Shown: positions 11,933-24,889 of the stretch, piece by piece
Layout: each line of letters starts with the position of its first letter
Numbering within the stretch: position 1 is the first letter of the stretch
Source of the DNA: Octopus bimaculoides
Lineage: Eukaryota
DNA length: 41,966 bases
Assembly: GCF_001194135.2 (NCBI RefSeq)
Contig: NC_068997.1
Span: forward strand, 53,503,098 to 53,545,063
Direction of reading: 5' to 3'
Position numbers and translations under genes: made by a program
The notes under the pieces: generated by a model
What the model saw: the letters and a program-made list of their open reading frames with translations, nothing else
Told to the model about the DNA's origin: nothing
Database searches by the model: none

Positions 11933-13042
11933 NNNNNNNNNNNNNNNNNNNNNNNNNNNNNNNNNNNNNNNNNNNNNNNNNNNNNNNNNNNNNNNNNNNN
12001 NNNNNNNNNNNNNNNNNNNNNNNNNNNNNNNNNNNNNNNNNNNNNNNNNNNNNNNNNNNNNNNNNNNNNNNNNNNNNNNNNNNNNNNNNNNNNNNNNNNN
12101 NNNNNNNNNNNNNNNNNNNNNNNNNNNNNNNNNNNNNNNNNNNNNNNNNNNNNNNNNNNNNNNNNNNNNNNNNNNNNNNNNNNNNNNNNNNNNNNNNNNN
12201 NNNNNNNNNNNNNNNNNNNNNNNNNNNNNNNNNNNNNNNNNNNNNNNNNNNNNNNNNNNNNNNNNNNNNNNNNNNNNNNNNNNNNNNNNNATATATATAT
12301 ATATATATACATATATATATGTATGTATGTATTCCTCTTCCAGTAGGTCTGGAGAGATGAGTGTTTACCGGAGACAAATTGTCTGAGAACTTTTTCCTGT
12401 GAAGTATAGTGCGTGAGTGTATGACAGATTGCCTATATGTGTATGTTTATGCGTTTGAGTATGTGCGTATGTGTGTGTATATGTGAGTGAGTGAATGAAA
12501 GCGTGGTAGGAGAATTTCACTTTAAATGTCACCGAATCTTCAACAAGATTCATGAAAATCCGCCATCTTTGCCAATGCAAAGTGCGAATGTCACATGATA
12601 ATGACGTATGTGAATTTCTGTAGTCACAAAAGCGTAGATGTGTATTTATATGTATGCTTTCTGTTCCATGTAAGTGCATGTATGTGTGAGTGTGTGTGTG
12701 TCTGTGTGTGTGTGTGTTTGAATGTGCTCGTGTGTCTACGAGTTTGGTTCATATTAAAAAGAGAATATGATTTACAATATCGTTTTGGTTGTTTCCCCAC
12801 TTCTAGCTCTGTATCAGAGACATATCTAAACACACATAGATGTGTGTGTGTATCTACGTGTATATTTATACATATATACATACAGCCCTACTTATCAATC
12901 GCATCTCATTCATCTATGGATCTTTCTCTTTCTCTCTTGACATATACACACACACACACACACGCACATATTCATAATATATATTCACCATATTCATGTG
13001 TGTATGTGTCTTTCTTTGTGTGTGTGTGTTTGCACGCTAATT

Positions 13043-13108
13043 TCACGACGAAGCTGTTCCGTTGCTCGGATCAGCTGAAACACTCGTCGTCGTAACCGAC
13101 GGAGTGCC
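13043..13108 (+). mobile_element. Probable retroposon 3' tail fragment with stem-loop
   Basis: ACGACGA/TCGTCGT, AGCTG/CAGCT and TCCG/CGGA nested stems followed by CGTAACCGACGGAGTGCC; assignment to a retroposon is from recollection. Confidence 0.35.
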
Positions 13109-13778
13109 TATGTTTCCCCCTTATTTTTAAAAGCTATTTGTGGGAAATTTAGCAACTTCTATCAGAGCAAGATTTATCTTGCACGATTCTTGAATGTTCC
13201 GTTGATACGTCACTCTTTAGTTGATAAAGACTGTAATTTAAGGGAGGTGCTTATCTCCCCCTTTGTAAACATAAGGACACAGGAAATGTTTCGAGACCGA
13301 CAGAAAGCGGTGCTTCCTACGGTTAAATAACAGTAGTATTCTTCCATTTCATGGGATTTTCACATTAAGTTGACAACATACCACCACTTTATCGTGTTAC
13401 TACTGTTTAAATCTCTCTGAGAGATTTAGAAATGTATTATTGTTTTCTTACTGGTTCTTGTTACCATCAAATCTATAGATTCAGGCTTAGCTGAGATAAT
13501 CCATCTTTGAAGTGAGGGCTGTAATGCCGGGCCTATTCTGCTCCTTCAGTTTGCATTCTAATACCGCGGTTGTTATTCGCTAAAACCTCTGCATCCGTTG
13601 CGCCCATTGTTCGCATCACCGTTGCATGTCGATGCATCCGTTGCGAGAAGCCATTGCTGCAATTGCTACTATTGTTGCAGCATCCGGTGCAGGGAATCCT
13701 TTTTCTTTTACACTTGCAGCTTCATTTCTCTTCTTTACTTCATTAAGGAGTGTTTCATTGCATAGCAACTACACTAAG

Positions 13779-13842
<64 letters not shown>

Positions 13843-13871
13843 GTCATCGTCGTCGTCATCGTCATAATTAT

Positions 13872-13920
<49 letters not shown>

Positions 13921-13921
<1 letters not shown>

Positions 13922-14120
13922 TTCTTTATTTATTTATTGCCCACAAGGGGCTAAACATAAAGGAGACAAACAAGGACAGACAAAGGGTTTAAGTCGATTA
14001 CATCGACCCCAGTGCGTAACTGGTACTTAATTTATCGACCTCGAAAGCATGAAAGGCAAAGTCGACCTCGAAAGCATGAAAGGCAAAGTCGACCTCGGCG
14101 GAATTTGAACTCAGAACGTA
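13921..14120 (-). mobile_element. tRNA-derived SINE (central GCCTTTCAT..GTCGATAAATTAAGTACCAG domain), 5'-truncated, with an internal 27-bp duplication
   Basis: B-box GAGTTCAAATTCC on the minus strand at about 14099-14112; near-identical body and tail to 28855-29036; A-rich tail runs into (TAG)n. Confidence 0.9.
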
Positions 14121-14754
14121 TTTTTATTATTATTACAAATTTATTATAATATTAGAGAATTAAGAATTTGCAAAGTGATCTAAGGATATTTCTTCCAGGT
14201 GGAAGTACTCACCACATCTTTCTGGTTATATAGTTTAAAGCGGAAGATAATGACGGAGAACTAGAGCGTCCCTCGGGTTAAAATTACATGAAAGGTGTCT
14301 GAGACTGGCAGCTTTTTGACACGACTAATTACTATGACCTTCGACATTTTAGTTAGAGGTCAGAGGTTATAGAAATAGGTCATTCGTCATAAGTGAAACC
14401 CGCTAGATGTTTTTTTGGTTAAGTGTTTGTGGGGAGGGATTTCAGAGTTGCCATTTTGGCTCCCCCTCCTCCAACAAACTTTAAAAACAACCTTTCCTTC
14501 AGCGGAAGACCTATATCTATAGACATACGTATACACATACATAAAACATACACAGGCACATATACAAACAAACATATACATGTGCGCTTGTATATATGTA
14601 TATTTGTGCGTGTGCGTGTGTTTGTGTTTGTGTGTGTGTGAATATATATTCTTTGATGCATACTTCATGCATTTATGTATATATAAATATATATAGACGT
14701 ACGTGTGCTTATATATATAAGCACACGTACGTCTATATATATATAATAAAAAAT

Positions 14755-15008
14755 AGATGCGCCCTTTTAAAGCCTAGCAGGCTCATGGGCCCGGTTTCCC
14801 GGTTTCTATGGCGTATGTGTTCCCCGCCACCTGGACGGGACGCCAGTCCATCGCAACGTTACTCATTTCTGCCAGTTTAGTGGACTGGAGCAACGTGAAA
14901 TGAAGTGTTTTGCTCAAGAACACAACGCATCGCCCGGTCCAGGAATCGAAACCACAATCTTACGATCATGGTGCTGACACCCTAACCACTAAGCCCACGC
15001 GCCTCCAC
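14755..15008 (-). mobile_element. Near full-length tRNA-derived SINE with CORE-like and V-like segments
   Basis: Minus strand shows an A-box TGGGCTTAGTGG, a B-box GGTTTCGATTCC (14942-14953), then TGTGTTCTTGAGCAAAACACTT (MIR CORE-like) and GCGATGGACTGGCGTCCCGTCCAGG (V-SINE-like). Confidence 0.85.
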
Positions 15009-15009
15009 A

Positions 15010-15041
<32 letters not shown>

Positions 15042-15362
15042 CACGTACATATACACATATACATACGTAACGTTGTATGATAAAGACAAATTACAATTAC
15101 ATCCATTGAATGATATACACAATACCAGCACAGGGCATAGTAGTGTGACTTCGAAGGTGCTTCGGGTATGGAACTTATTAAAGTTTATACAATTTCAATA
15201 CACTACGTACCTATCGAAGGTTCAATACATTGTCAATTATAAATTATAATACAATAATCAAATCCATACACAGTCACATAAAACTTATAACGTATTGATG
15301 TGTGTAATTGTATATTTACGTTTATATAGGTATAAATATACCTGAGTGTGTGTTTTGTACAT

Positions 15363-15419
<57 letters not shown>

Positions 15420-15448
15420 GTGTGTGTGTGAATGTATATATATATATA

Positions 15449-15690
15449 CAAGGTTGGCCAAAAGTCACCTGACAGTAAATCAAAACTCATTTAATTCCAA
15501 GATTAAAACAAAACATTATTTTATATGAGGATGCGCTAATAAATAGAAAAACGTGAAAAAGAAAATACGATGATTTTCAACTCACACCATTCAGTTATTG
15601 AACATTCATAATTGGAATAAATAAATAAAATTAAATATTAAGTATCTATGGAATTTTGATTTACTATCGAGTGACTTTTGGCCAAGCCTG
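15449..15690. mobile_element. Tc1/mariner-type non-autonomous element (MITE), 242 bp
   Basis: 37-bp TIRs at 15449-15485 and 15654-15690 (32/37 identical) beginning CA; TA on both sides (15447-15448, 15691-15692); AT-rich non-coding interior. Confidence 0.9.
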
Positions 15691-16440
15691 TATATATATG
15701 CATACAGACATACATACATACATACATATATATATATATATATCTTTATATGTATATATGTATATAATATATATATTTATGATGTGAAGCTATGTGATAC
15801 CTTCGTCAGTGGAGATGCAAAAAACCTCGTAGACATGCCATGAGGGTTGTGGAAATCGTAGCATATACATATATACCATACATTACTACATACATGTATA
15901 TGAATATATATATGTGGGATTATGTGGATATTTATGCCTACATATATATTTTTTTTTTATGTAAATATGAAAATATTTATGTTTATGTGAATTTAACTGT
16001 ACGTACGATTGAGTTCGATGCTTGTGTATGATTTGTGAGTTGTATTTAGTTTCGTTCTGGTGAAATAAAAGCCGTTCACCAAAGGGATAAATTCCAATCT
16101 TTGATTCAAGATTGTATATGTATATCTATATAAATATAAATATGCAGATATATGGAGCAAATATTTCAGGAGAAAACATTTGCAAAGATATTATTGACGC
16201 TATTATTATCTAGTGTAACAATTTAAAAATGATAAAGACAGAATCAATAATATAGACGATTGCAGGCCCCCCAAAAGCATTAAATAGTTTAGGGATTAAA
16301 ATCAATCAAAGTACATACTAAGTATATTTACCTCCTGGAAATAACAGTCAAAACTCTTATATATATACAGATATATGTATATCTATATAATTATAAATAT
16401 GCAATTACGATGTTAGTATACGTAAATAAAAATATTAGTT

Positions 16441-16530
16441 TCGCATTTTGCAACAAAGTCAGGCATTTTTAGAGGATGGGGCTTAGCAGTTTTACCGGTG
16501 TGCTAGCGATTCTACCAGTAGGGTACCTTA
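16441..16530 (-). mobile_element. Internally deleted, diverged SINE remnant (head joined to tail)
   Basis: GCTAGCGATTCTACCAG matches the head seen at 36378-36392 and 41171 onward; TTTTGCAACAAAGTC matches the tail. Confidence 0.5.
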
Positions 16531-17550
16531 AAGGTAAAAAGAAAATATTGGTGTATATTCAGATAGAACCCAATTACTTGTACCATGTGAATCTATATAA
16601 GCCCGTCCCTAACAACTGAATTTTTTGTATGAGTGCGAGTAGTTTACCTTGTCGTGTGTGGTAGTGTATGTCATATGCACATATATGATTGTGTGTATAT
16701 GTTCATTCCATGAAAATCAAATGGAGAATTTTACGAATGTTTTACTGGTCTTCACTGTGCTGCTTATCGATTGGATTTCAAGGAAGCATGACGGTTTGAT
16801 TTGTCATTTCTTGGGAAGCATCAACATTTCCAGTCTTTCATGCAATCCAGGTGTAACCTAGCCCCGAGCACCTTTAATTATATATGCAAATGAGAATCTA
16901 TAGACTGGATGCAAGAGCTGTGAGTTCTTCATTTGATCACCACAGATGTTCTTTTTCTTTTTATGAATCTAGAAATAGGTTTGAAGATTATATACATACT
17001 TATATACATATATATATATATATACATATATATACATATATATATATATATATGCAAATATATATATATATATATATATANNNNNNNNNNNNNNNNNNNN
17101 NNNNNNNNNNNNNNNNNNNNNNNNNNNNNNNNNNNNNNNNNNNNNNNNNNNNNNNNNNNNNNNNNNNNNNNNNNNNNNNNNNNNNNNNNNNNNNNNNNNN
17201 NNNNNNNNNNNNNNNNNNNNNNNNNNNNNNNNNNNNNNNNNNNNNNNNNNNNNNNNNNNNNNNNNNNNNNNNNNNNNNNNNNNNNNNNNNNNNNNNNNNN
17301 NNNNNNNNNNNNNNNNNNNNNNNNNNNNNNNNNNNNNNNNNNNNNNNNNNNNNNNNNNNNNNNNNNNNNNNNNNNNNNNNNNNNNNNNNNNNNNNNNNNN
17401 NNNNNNNNNNNNNNNNNNNNNNNNNNNNNNNNNNNNNNNNNNNNNNNNNNNNNNNNNNNNNNNNNNNNNNNNNNNNNNNNNNNNNNNNNNNNNNNNNNNN
17501 NNNNNNNNNNNNNNNNNNNNNNNNNNNNNNNNNNNNNNNNNNNNNNNNNN

Positions 17551-17617
<67 letters not shown>

Positions 17618-18110
17618 ATTAATGTTTGTTTTTTATGATCAGCTATAGTAAAGCAATTTTACAATTAATCTGAATGGTTACTCCCCAAAATATATGCAGA
17701 TATATATATATATATATATATGAAGTTTATTATATTAATTAAGCGTTAGCTTATATAAATTCATACCTGCTGGTTCTCTACAATTCTTGTGTGTAGAGGT
17801 GTGTATATGACTCTGTATGTTATATGTAAACGTCTTGGCTCTATCATATTTGTATATATGTATTGTCTGTGCACATGTATATACTTGTGTGTTCGAGTGA
17901 ATATATTTGCTTGAATATACATGTGACTGCGTGTGTGTGATTGTGTGTGTTTGTGTTTGTGTGTGTGTGTGTGTACTTACATGTACTTTGTTCGTGCATG
18001 TGCGTGAGAACAGATGCATGTGGCTCTATGTTTGAACGCGTGCGGAGGAAGTGCATTTATCCGTGTGTGGGAGCATACACGTATGTATGGGTGTGCATCT
18101 ATCTATCTAC

Positions 18111-18154
<44 letters not shown>

Positions 18155-18649
18155 ATGCATATGTGTGTGTGTGTGTGTGTATGAGTAAGTTTGTGTGTGC
18201 ATGTGTGTGTGTGTGTTTGTGTGTGTCTCAGGTCTTCCCCTTCAAGAGGTGCCATTCCTAATTGATTACATTTAAGTCTAATGTGACAGATTTTGTCAAC
18301 ATGCCGGCTGTTTTAAGTGGTCGCCAACGCTCCACGTGGATCTTACTTGCTTTTACCACATCCTCTTCCCTCTACTCTCACATTCATTCTCTTCTTCCTT
18401 CGCCTACCCCACGAAGCTCCCCTTCCTTTTCCCTCACCCTCTTACTCTTTATCCCTGCTGCTCCTTTCTCTACCTCTACACTGCCCTACCACCCTCTCTC
18501 TCTCTGATCTCTTCCTATTATATCTATCAATATAGATTGCACCTTTTGTTGTTGTTATTAAATTTTTTCATCACCTCATCAGCTTCAGTGGCGGCAGCAA
18601 TATCACATGCACCACCCCCACCCCCACCACCACTACCACAACCACCACC

Positions 18650-18681
<32 letters not shown>

Positions 18682-18956
18682 CATCACCACTACCACCATC
18701 AACATCAATGTTTACATAACAAGCATTACAAACACACTTCACATGTGCGTATGTATGCATATGTATTTTCGCACGTATATGCACACACACAAACACACAT
18801 ATATACACATACACATACATGTCTGTTTTGTTTTTATGTTCCCGTTCATTTTTCTAACGTCCTGTAGCCGAATATGCATCTATATATACATGTAGATGTA
18901 GGTATGTACATATATGTTTGTATACATGCATATGCTTACATATCATTTGTATTATA

Positions 18957-18999
<43 letters not shown>

Positions 19000-19033
19000 G
19001 TATATATACATATATACAAATATACATATATAT

Positions 19034-19092
19034 GGCGATGCTCCAGTATGGCCACAGGCTTAGGGCTGAAATGTGTAAAGGAATAAAAGAAT
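19034..19092 (+). mobile_element. SINE 3'-end fragment
   Basis: GGCGATGCTCCAGTATGGCCACAG plus A-rich tail, matching 32414-32465. Confidence 0.65.
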
Positions 19093-20002
19093 ATACATAT
19101 ATAGACACTCAATTATACATATATGAAGGAAGGTATCACGTTAATGGCTTCGTTTTTCTGCGCTCCGAGATCAAATCCTGTGTTGGGCAACTTAGCTTTC
19201 CATTCATTTCAGACTAAGACATATCAGTATCGATCCCGATCTAGGATCGATTTTGTCTCTTTTTCTCGAACTCTTTTCCTCAGACCAAATTAAGTACCGA
19301 TCTCGTAATTACAGACTAAAAATAACTGAATGGGGATACCCCAGTTAAAGAAGCGTTGAAATGACTGATTTTGAAGAATAATATCTAAAAGAATGCCCCT
19401 CCATCGCCAACTCCATCATTTATTATAGCAGCACAGGAAAATTTTGAATTGTAGCAAAGAATTTTTAGGTTTCAAAATGGTTTTCTATGGATGCTCTCTC
19501 TTTCGTTGGTTCTGCAGCGTGTCTGGCGTTTATTTGAGTACAAGAATATTTTCACTTCTATCCTCGGTAACAGTGTCTGGTCTGTAACTTCCGACTGTGA
19601 TAGTGAACAGAATGTTCCATCAATAACCAATATTTTTTCCATTTATGAGGATTATTGCTCCAAATCAAACCAGTTTCTAATTTCTAAGGCTCACCTATGG
19701 AAGGTTTGGCATTGTGCAAATAAAGAAACAACTTGTTATACAGTGTCTTACGTTGTATGGATATATGTATTTTTATTTTAAAATATATTTATGTAATTTT
19801 CACGTATGAATAGACAAAAAACATCCATACAAATACACACACACATACACATACATATATGCCCACACATATACACACATACATATATGCCCACACATAT
19901 ACACACATACACACACAAAAGTGCTTGATGTTCCATGCACCGAAAACCGAGAGGTGATTTCTCTGTCTGTCTATGTGTCAGTTTGTTTGGCATGTCTGTC
20001 TG

Positions 20003-20046
<44 letters not shown>

Positions 20047-20160
20047 ACCCATCTCTCTATCTATCTAACCAATCTCTCTCTCTCTCCCTGTGTGTGCCTA
20101 TATATGTATATAGACACACACGCACATGTGCACATTATATTTTTTAACTCTTCCTGTAAC

Positions 20161-20197
<37 letters not shown>

Positions 20198-20394
20198 GCG
20201 CACACACACCTTCTTATCGGCATCAGCATATCATTTTGGATTCTCCGTTTCATCGATTTTTCTTTCCTTTGGCTCTAATTGATTTTCTAATTATTTATAG
20301 AGCACTCTTAGCAACAAAATACTTCATTTTGGTGAATTAAATCTTACCTTGAGAAGTACACGTGCATCTATTTTATACAAAATCTTTCTCTCTT

Positions 20395-20426
<32 letters not shown>

Positions 20427-20515
20427 GCGCATGCAATATAGTCTAAACGTAGTTGAAACATGGAAATTAAGTGTAACATTTTCCATACACACAACTTGTA
20501 GAAATAAGCTCTATA

Positions 20516-20567
20516 TGCTCCAGCATGGCCGCTGTTAAATGACTAAACAAGTCAAAGAGTAAAAAAA
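20516..20567 (+). mobile_element. SINE 3'-end fragment
   Basis: TGCTCCAGCATGGCCGCTGTTAAATGACTAAACAAGT, matching the family terminus. Confidence 0.7.
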
Positions 20568-20620
20568 TATATTTTTTATTACATCTTTCTTGGTGTGTAT
20601 ACATATGTCACGTTGGATAT

Positions 20621-20690
20621 ATTACAATATATTATAATATATTGTAATATATTATAATAAATTATAATATATTATAATATATTGTAATAT
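20621..20690. repeat. 10-bp minisatellite ATT(A/G)(T/C)AATAT x7
   Basis: Seven consecutive 10-mers read directly from the sequence. Confidence 0.85.
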
Positions 20691-20796
20691 CTTATACTGA
20701 TGCCCTCCACTCGATGAAATTATATATAATATATTAAAACCGCTCGAGATTTTTATAAACTTTACTTGAATCTTTATTATTGTTGTATTCTTGAAA

Positions 20797-20902
<106 letters not shown>

Positions 20903-22045
20903 TCAGACGTGTTTTAAAGTTTTAAGTACAGAAATTAATTAGCTCTGATTTTTTTAAAACACTTGGCACCTATGCACACACACGTGCACACACATAAATA
21001 CGTATATATANNNNNNNNNNNNNNNNNNNNNNNNNNNNNNNNNNNNNNNNNNNNNNNNNNNNNNNNNNNNNNNNNNNNNNNNNNNNNNNNNNNNNNNNNN
21101 NNNNNNNNNNNNNNNNNNNNNNNNNNNNNNNNNNNNNNNNNNNNNNNNNNNNNNNNNNNNNNNNNNNNNNNNNNNNNNNNNNNNNNNNNNNNNNNNNNNN
21201 NNNNNNNNNNNNNNNNNNNNNNNNNNNNNNNNNNNNNNNNNNNNNNNNNNNNNNNNNNNNNNNNNNNNNNNNNNNNNNNNNNNNNNNNNNNNNNNNNNNN
21301 NNNNNNNNNNNNNNNNNNNNNNNNNNNNNNNNNNNNNNNNNNNNNNNNNNNNNNNNNNNNNNNNNNNNNNNNNNNNNNNNNNNNNNNNNNNNNNNNNNNN
21401 TATATATATACATATATACACATACAAACACACTCGCGCACAGAATCATATCTATGCATGCATATGTGTTTTTATATAATGAAATTGTGGTTGAGTAATT
21501 TGATTTCAGCGTTTATGCGGTGGGGCTAGGTGTATATATATGTGTTTGTGTCTGTGTGTGTGTGTGTGTATGTATATATATATATATATATATGTACGTA
21601 TATATGTGTGTGTGCGTATAAGTGTTTATTTGGTGCCTGTGTTGGCGCGTGTGCCTGTACAGTATATACGTCTTCTATGCAGAGGTGAATATGCAAAGAT
21701 CGTACGCTATTTCGTCTGCATGAGCAGTCATACAGTGCAGTAGTCGCCATTGGCAACTCTCACCAAAATTACCAACCTCTTGTGAAATGTTCAACCAGAC
21801 ACCACCACCAACACCTCACCTTCCAACCTTCCAGCCAACAAGCCTTCACCTTTCTTCTACCTTCGCACTCCTTCATTCCCCTCTCACTACCACCATTTCA
21901 TTTCCTCTCAAATTCTATCGCCTTCTCTTATACCATTTTCTCCCTCTCTTTTTCTTTTTTTGTTATATATTTTATTTACATTTTTGTTCGTTTATTTTTG
22001 TGAGTCTCCTCGCGTTCCACCACTCTCTCCTTTCCGACCCATTTT

Positions 22046-22081
<36 letters not shown>

Positions 22082-22717
22082 TNNNNNNNNNNNNNNNNNN
22101 NNNNNNNNNNNNNNNNNNNNNNNNNNNNNNNNNNNNNNNNNNNNNNNNNNNNNNNNNNNNNNNNNNNNNNNNNNNNNNNNNCTCTCTCTCCCTCTCTCTC
22201 TTCATTTTCAATCTTTCAACCATTTTATAATTCTTTCTAAATATTACTTTCATTACTCTGTCTCTGTCTCTCTGTCTCTCTGTCTCTCTGTCTCTCTCTC
22301 TCTCGCACACACACACATTCTCTCTTCCCTCCTTCCTCTTTTCCATCATGAAGTGTCTTCCTTTCTTTTTTTCTTTTGTTTCTCGTTCGTTTTTTCATTT
22401 TCGTTCTCTATATTTTTCCATTTATCTCTTCCGTTCGTTTTCTATTTTCTCATTTACACATATACAATCGTATACGCACACACTACATATAAATATATTA
22501 ATACATACGTTTGCGCATACGGATAGCAATATGCATATAAATAGCCACACACACAGACAAAAAACATATACACACGCACATGTATATGTTTATATACACC
22601 TTCCAAACGGTTGTCTGTCTCATTTTAAGATCCTTTTTAAATAGTTAGTTTTGAAGTAAATTCTTCATATGTACACACATCCACACCAACGTGCCTGCGC
22701 ACACACATATATATACA

Positions 22718-22748
<31 letters not shown>

Positions 22749-23361
22749 GTACATATAACATATACATACATGCGTACATAAAAAGGCTGTATATACCTGG
22801 GTATGTATGTTTGTGCCTGAGTGTGTGGGTACGTGTGAGAGCGGGTGTAGCGTTTGTGTACGATTTTTGCGTACGTCATGTATAAAATGTGCCAACGAGA
22901 GACTTCTACATGGTTACTTGTTCTGCTAGAAATAGCAGCTAATTTTTTAAAAATTTCACCAATTCATTTCCAGCCGAAACATAATATAGTTCGCGGGAGT
23001 TGTAGCGAAGAAACTCCACGCGATGGTCATGGATGGACAATATTTGATTATAGGTGCGGTCAACGATGTCAGGCCTAAACATTAATTCCAACAACAGCAA
23101 CATAAACATCAGTAGTAACATCATCATCATCAACGACGGTTCGTTCAACAACGAGAAAAATAACATCGGCTGCAATGAGAAGAACAACATCAACACGTCA
23201 TTAACCTCAACAACAATAACATCAACAACAATATACACATTATACATTTAGGACAAATATACACATATTCGGAAATAGATATTTTCACATATATACGTGG
23301 ATAAATTTATACGCATGTATATCCGGTTGGACAAATAATATTTTGGGGAAACATATGTTCT

Positions 23362-23430
23362 GGGAGACATAAACAAACCAACACCAGTTGTCAAGCGGGG
23401 GTGGTGTGTCAGTTACGGACACAAAGACAC
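23362..23430 (-). mobile_element. SINE fragment (5' part of the 3' module)
   Basis: AACACCAGTTGTCAAGCG..GGTGG..GACACAAAGACAC matches 25029-25080. Confidence 0.65.
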
Positions 23431-23591
23431 ACAACACACACAACACACACACAACACACATACACATACACGCATGCATCTATATATATACTATACACTT
23501 TAATTAATACATTATACATGCATACATATATATATACACACACATACAGTTTTTTATACACACGCACATACATATATACATATATACATAC

Positions 23592-23646
<55 letters not shown>

Positions 23647-24060
23647 NNNNNNNNNNNNNNNNNNNNNNNNNNNNNNNNNNNNNNNNNNNNNNNNNNNNNN
23701 NNNNNNNNNNNNNNNNNNNNNNNNNNNNNNNNNNNNNNNNNNNNNNNNNNNNNNNNNNNNNNNNNNNNNNNNNNNNNNNNNNNNNNNNNNNNNNNNNNNN
23801 NNNNNNNNNNNNNNNNNNNNNNNNNNNNNNNNTATATACGTACGCAATCACAACCGTGCTTACACAAACGCCGACACACAGATGCTAATAACAAATTATG
23901 TATCGATTTAGCGAAGAATTTGCATCTATCGATATTTTGGCTTCTTTAATAGCAATTCTTTCATCTCTAGCAGACTTTTCTCTTTTATTCCTCGACCGAA
24001 ATTCTTGTCTTTTCTTTCCTTCGCTTAATAAATAGTTCTCCAGGGTAAATGTTTTAGTAA

Positions 24061-24121
<61 letters not shown>

Positions 24122-24135
24122 GTTTATCTGTGTAT

Positions 24136-24187
<52 letters not shown>

Positions 24188-24324
24188 TGTCTGCTTCTGT
24201 GTATGCGTGCATGTGTGTGCAGATATATATTATAGAAATATCTATGTATGTGTATACGTATGTATATATATGTATATATGTATATGTATATATACGTAAG
24301 CATACCTACCTACCTACACACACT

Positions 24325-24376
<52 letters not shown>

Positions 24377-24889
24377 CCACACAGCCACTCTTACGCCTGT
24401 GTATATATATGTGTGTGTGTGTGTGTGTGTCTGTGTGCGCTTCGGGAAGCTCGTTATGCCAACAATAAACACACTATCTTTCCTTATAGCATTTCATATT
24501 TTCATGCATTTGTTAACCATGTAACAAATTAACTAACTAGTTGTATGATTCATAGTTTGGACTATCATCTAATTGACTACCTGCCTACTTAACTAATTGT
24601 CCAACCAACTAACCAACTAGCTAACAAAGAAAGAAAGAAACAAACTAACAAATTAACTAATTAATCAAATCTACCAAGTAAACAATTGAATAGTTATTTA
24701 ATTAACTATTTAAGTGGTTAAGCAATTGGCAAACAAATAGGTGAGTTAATAGTAGTAGGTTTGTTCATTAATGGCAAGGTGACCCACCCGAATGGAAAAG
24801 AAGGTTTCAGCACTAGAGTTCAAGACTGTAACAAACCAAATGCAAAAACGAAATGTATGTATGTATGTATGAATATGTGTATGTGTGTG

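Noticed and set aside
13408-13428. 10-bp inverted repeat TAAATCTCTC/GAGAGATTTA
   Set aside because: Short and isolated, with no supporting context.
14207-14260. Minus-strand donor GTG|GTGAGT with a possible 48-nt exon (FSVIIFRFKLYNQKDV)
   Set aside because: Weak acceptor; such hexamers are expected many times by chance in 42 kb.
14940-15008. tRNA-like A and B boxes
   Set aside because: Part of a SINE head; no complete cloverleaf, and the same applies to the other Pol III boxes.
18262-18275. TAATTGATTA paired-homeodomain-like site
   Set aside because: A single short AT-rich motif; not informative without conservation data.
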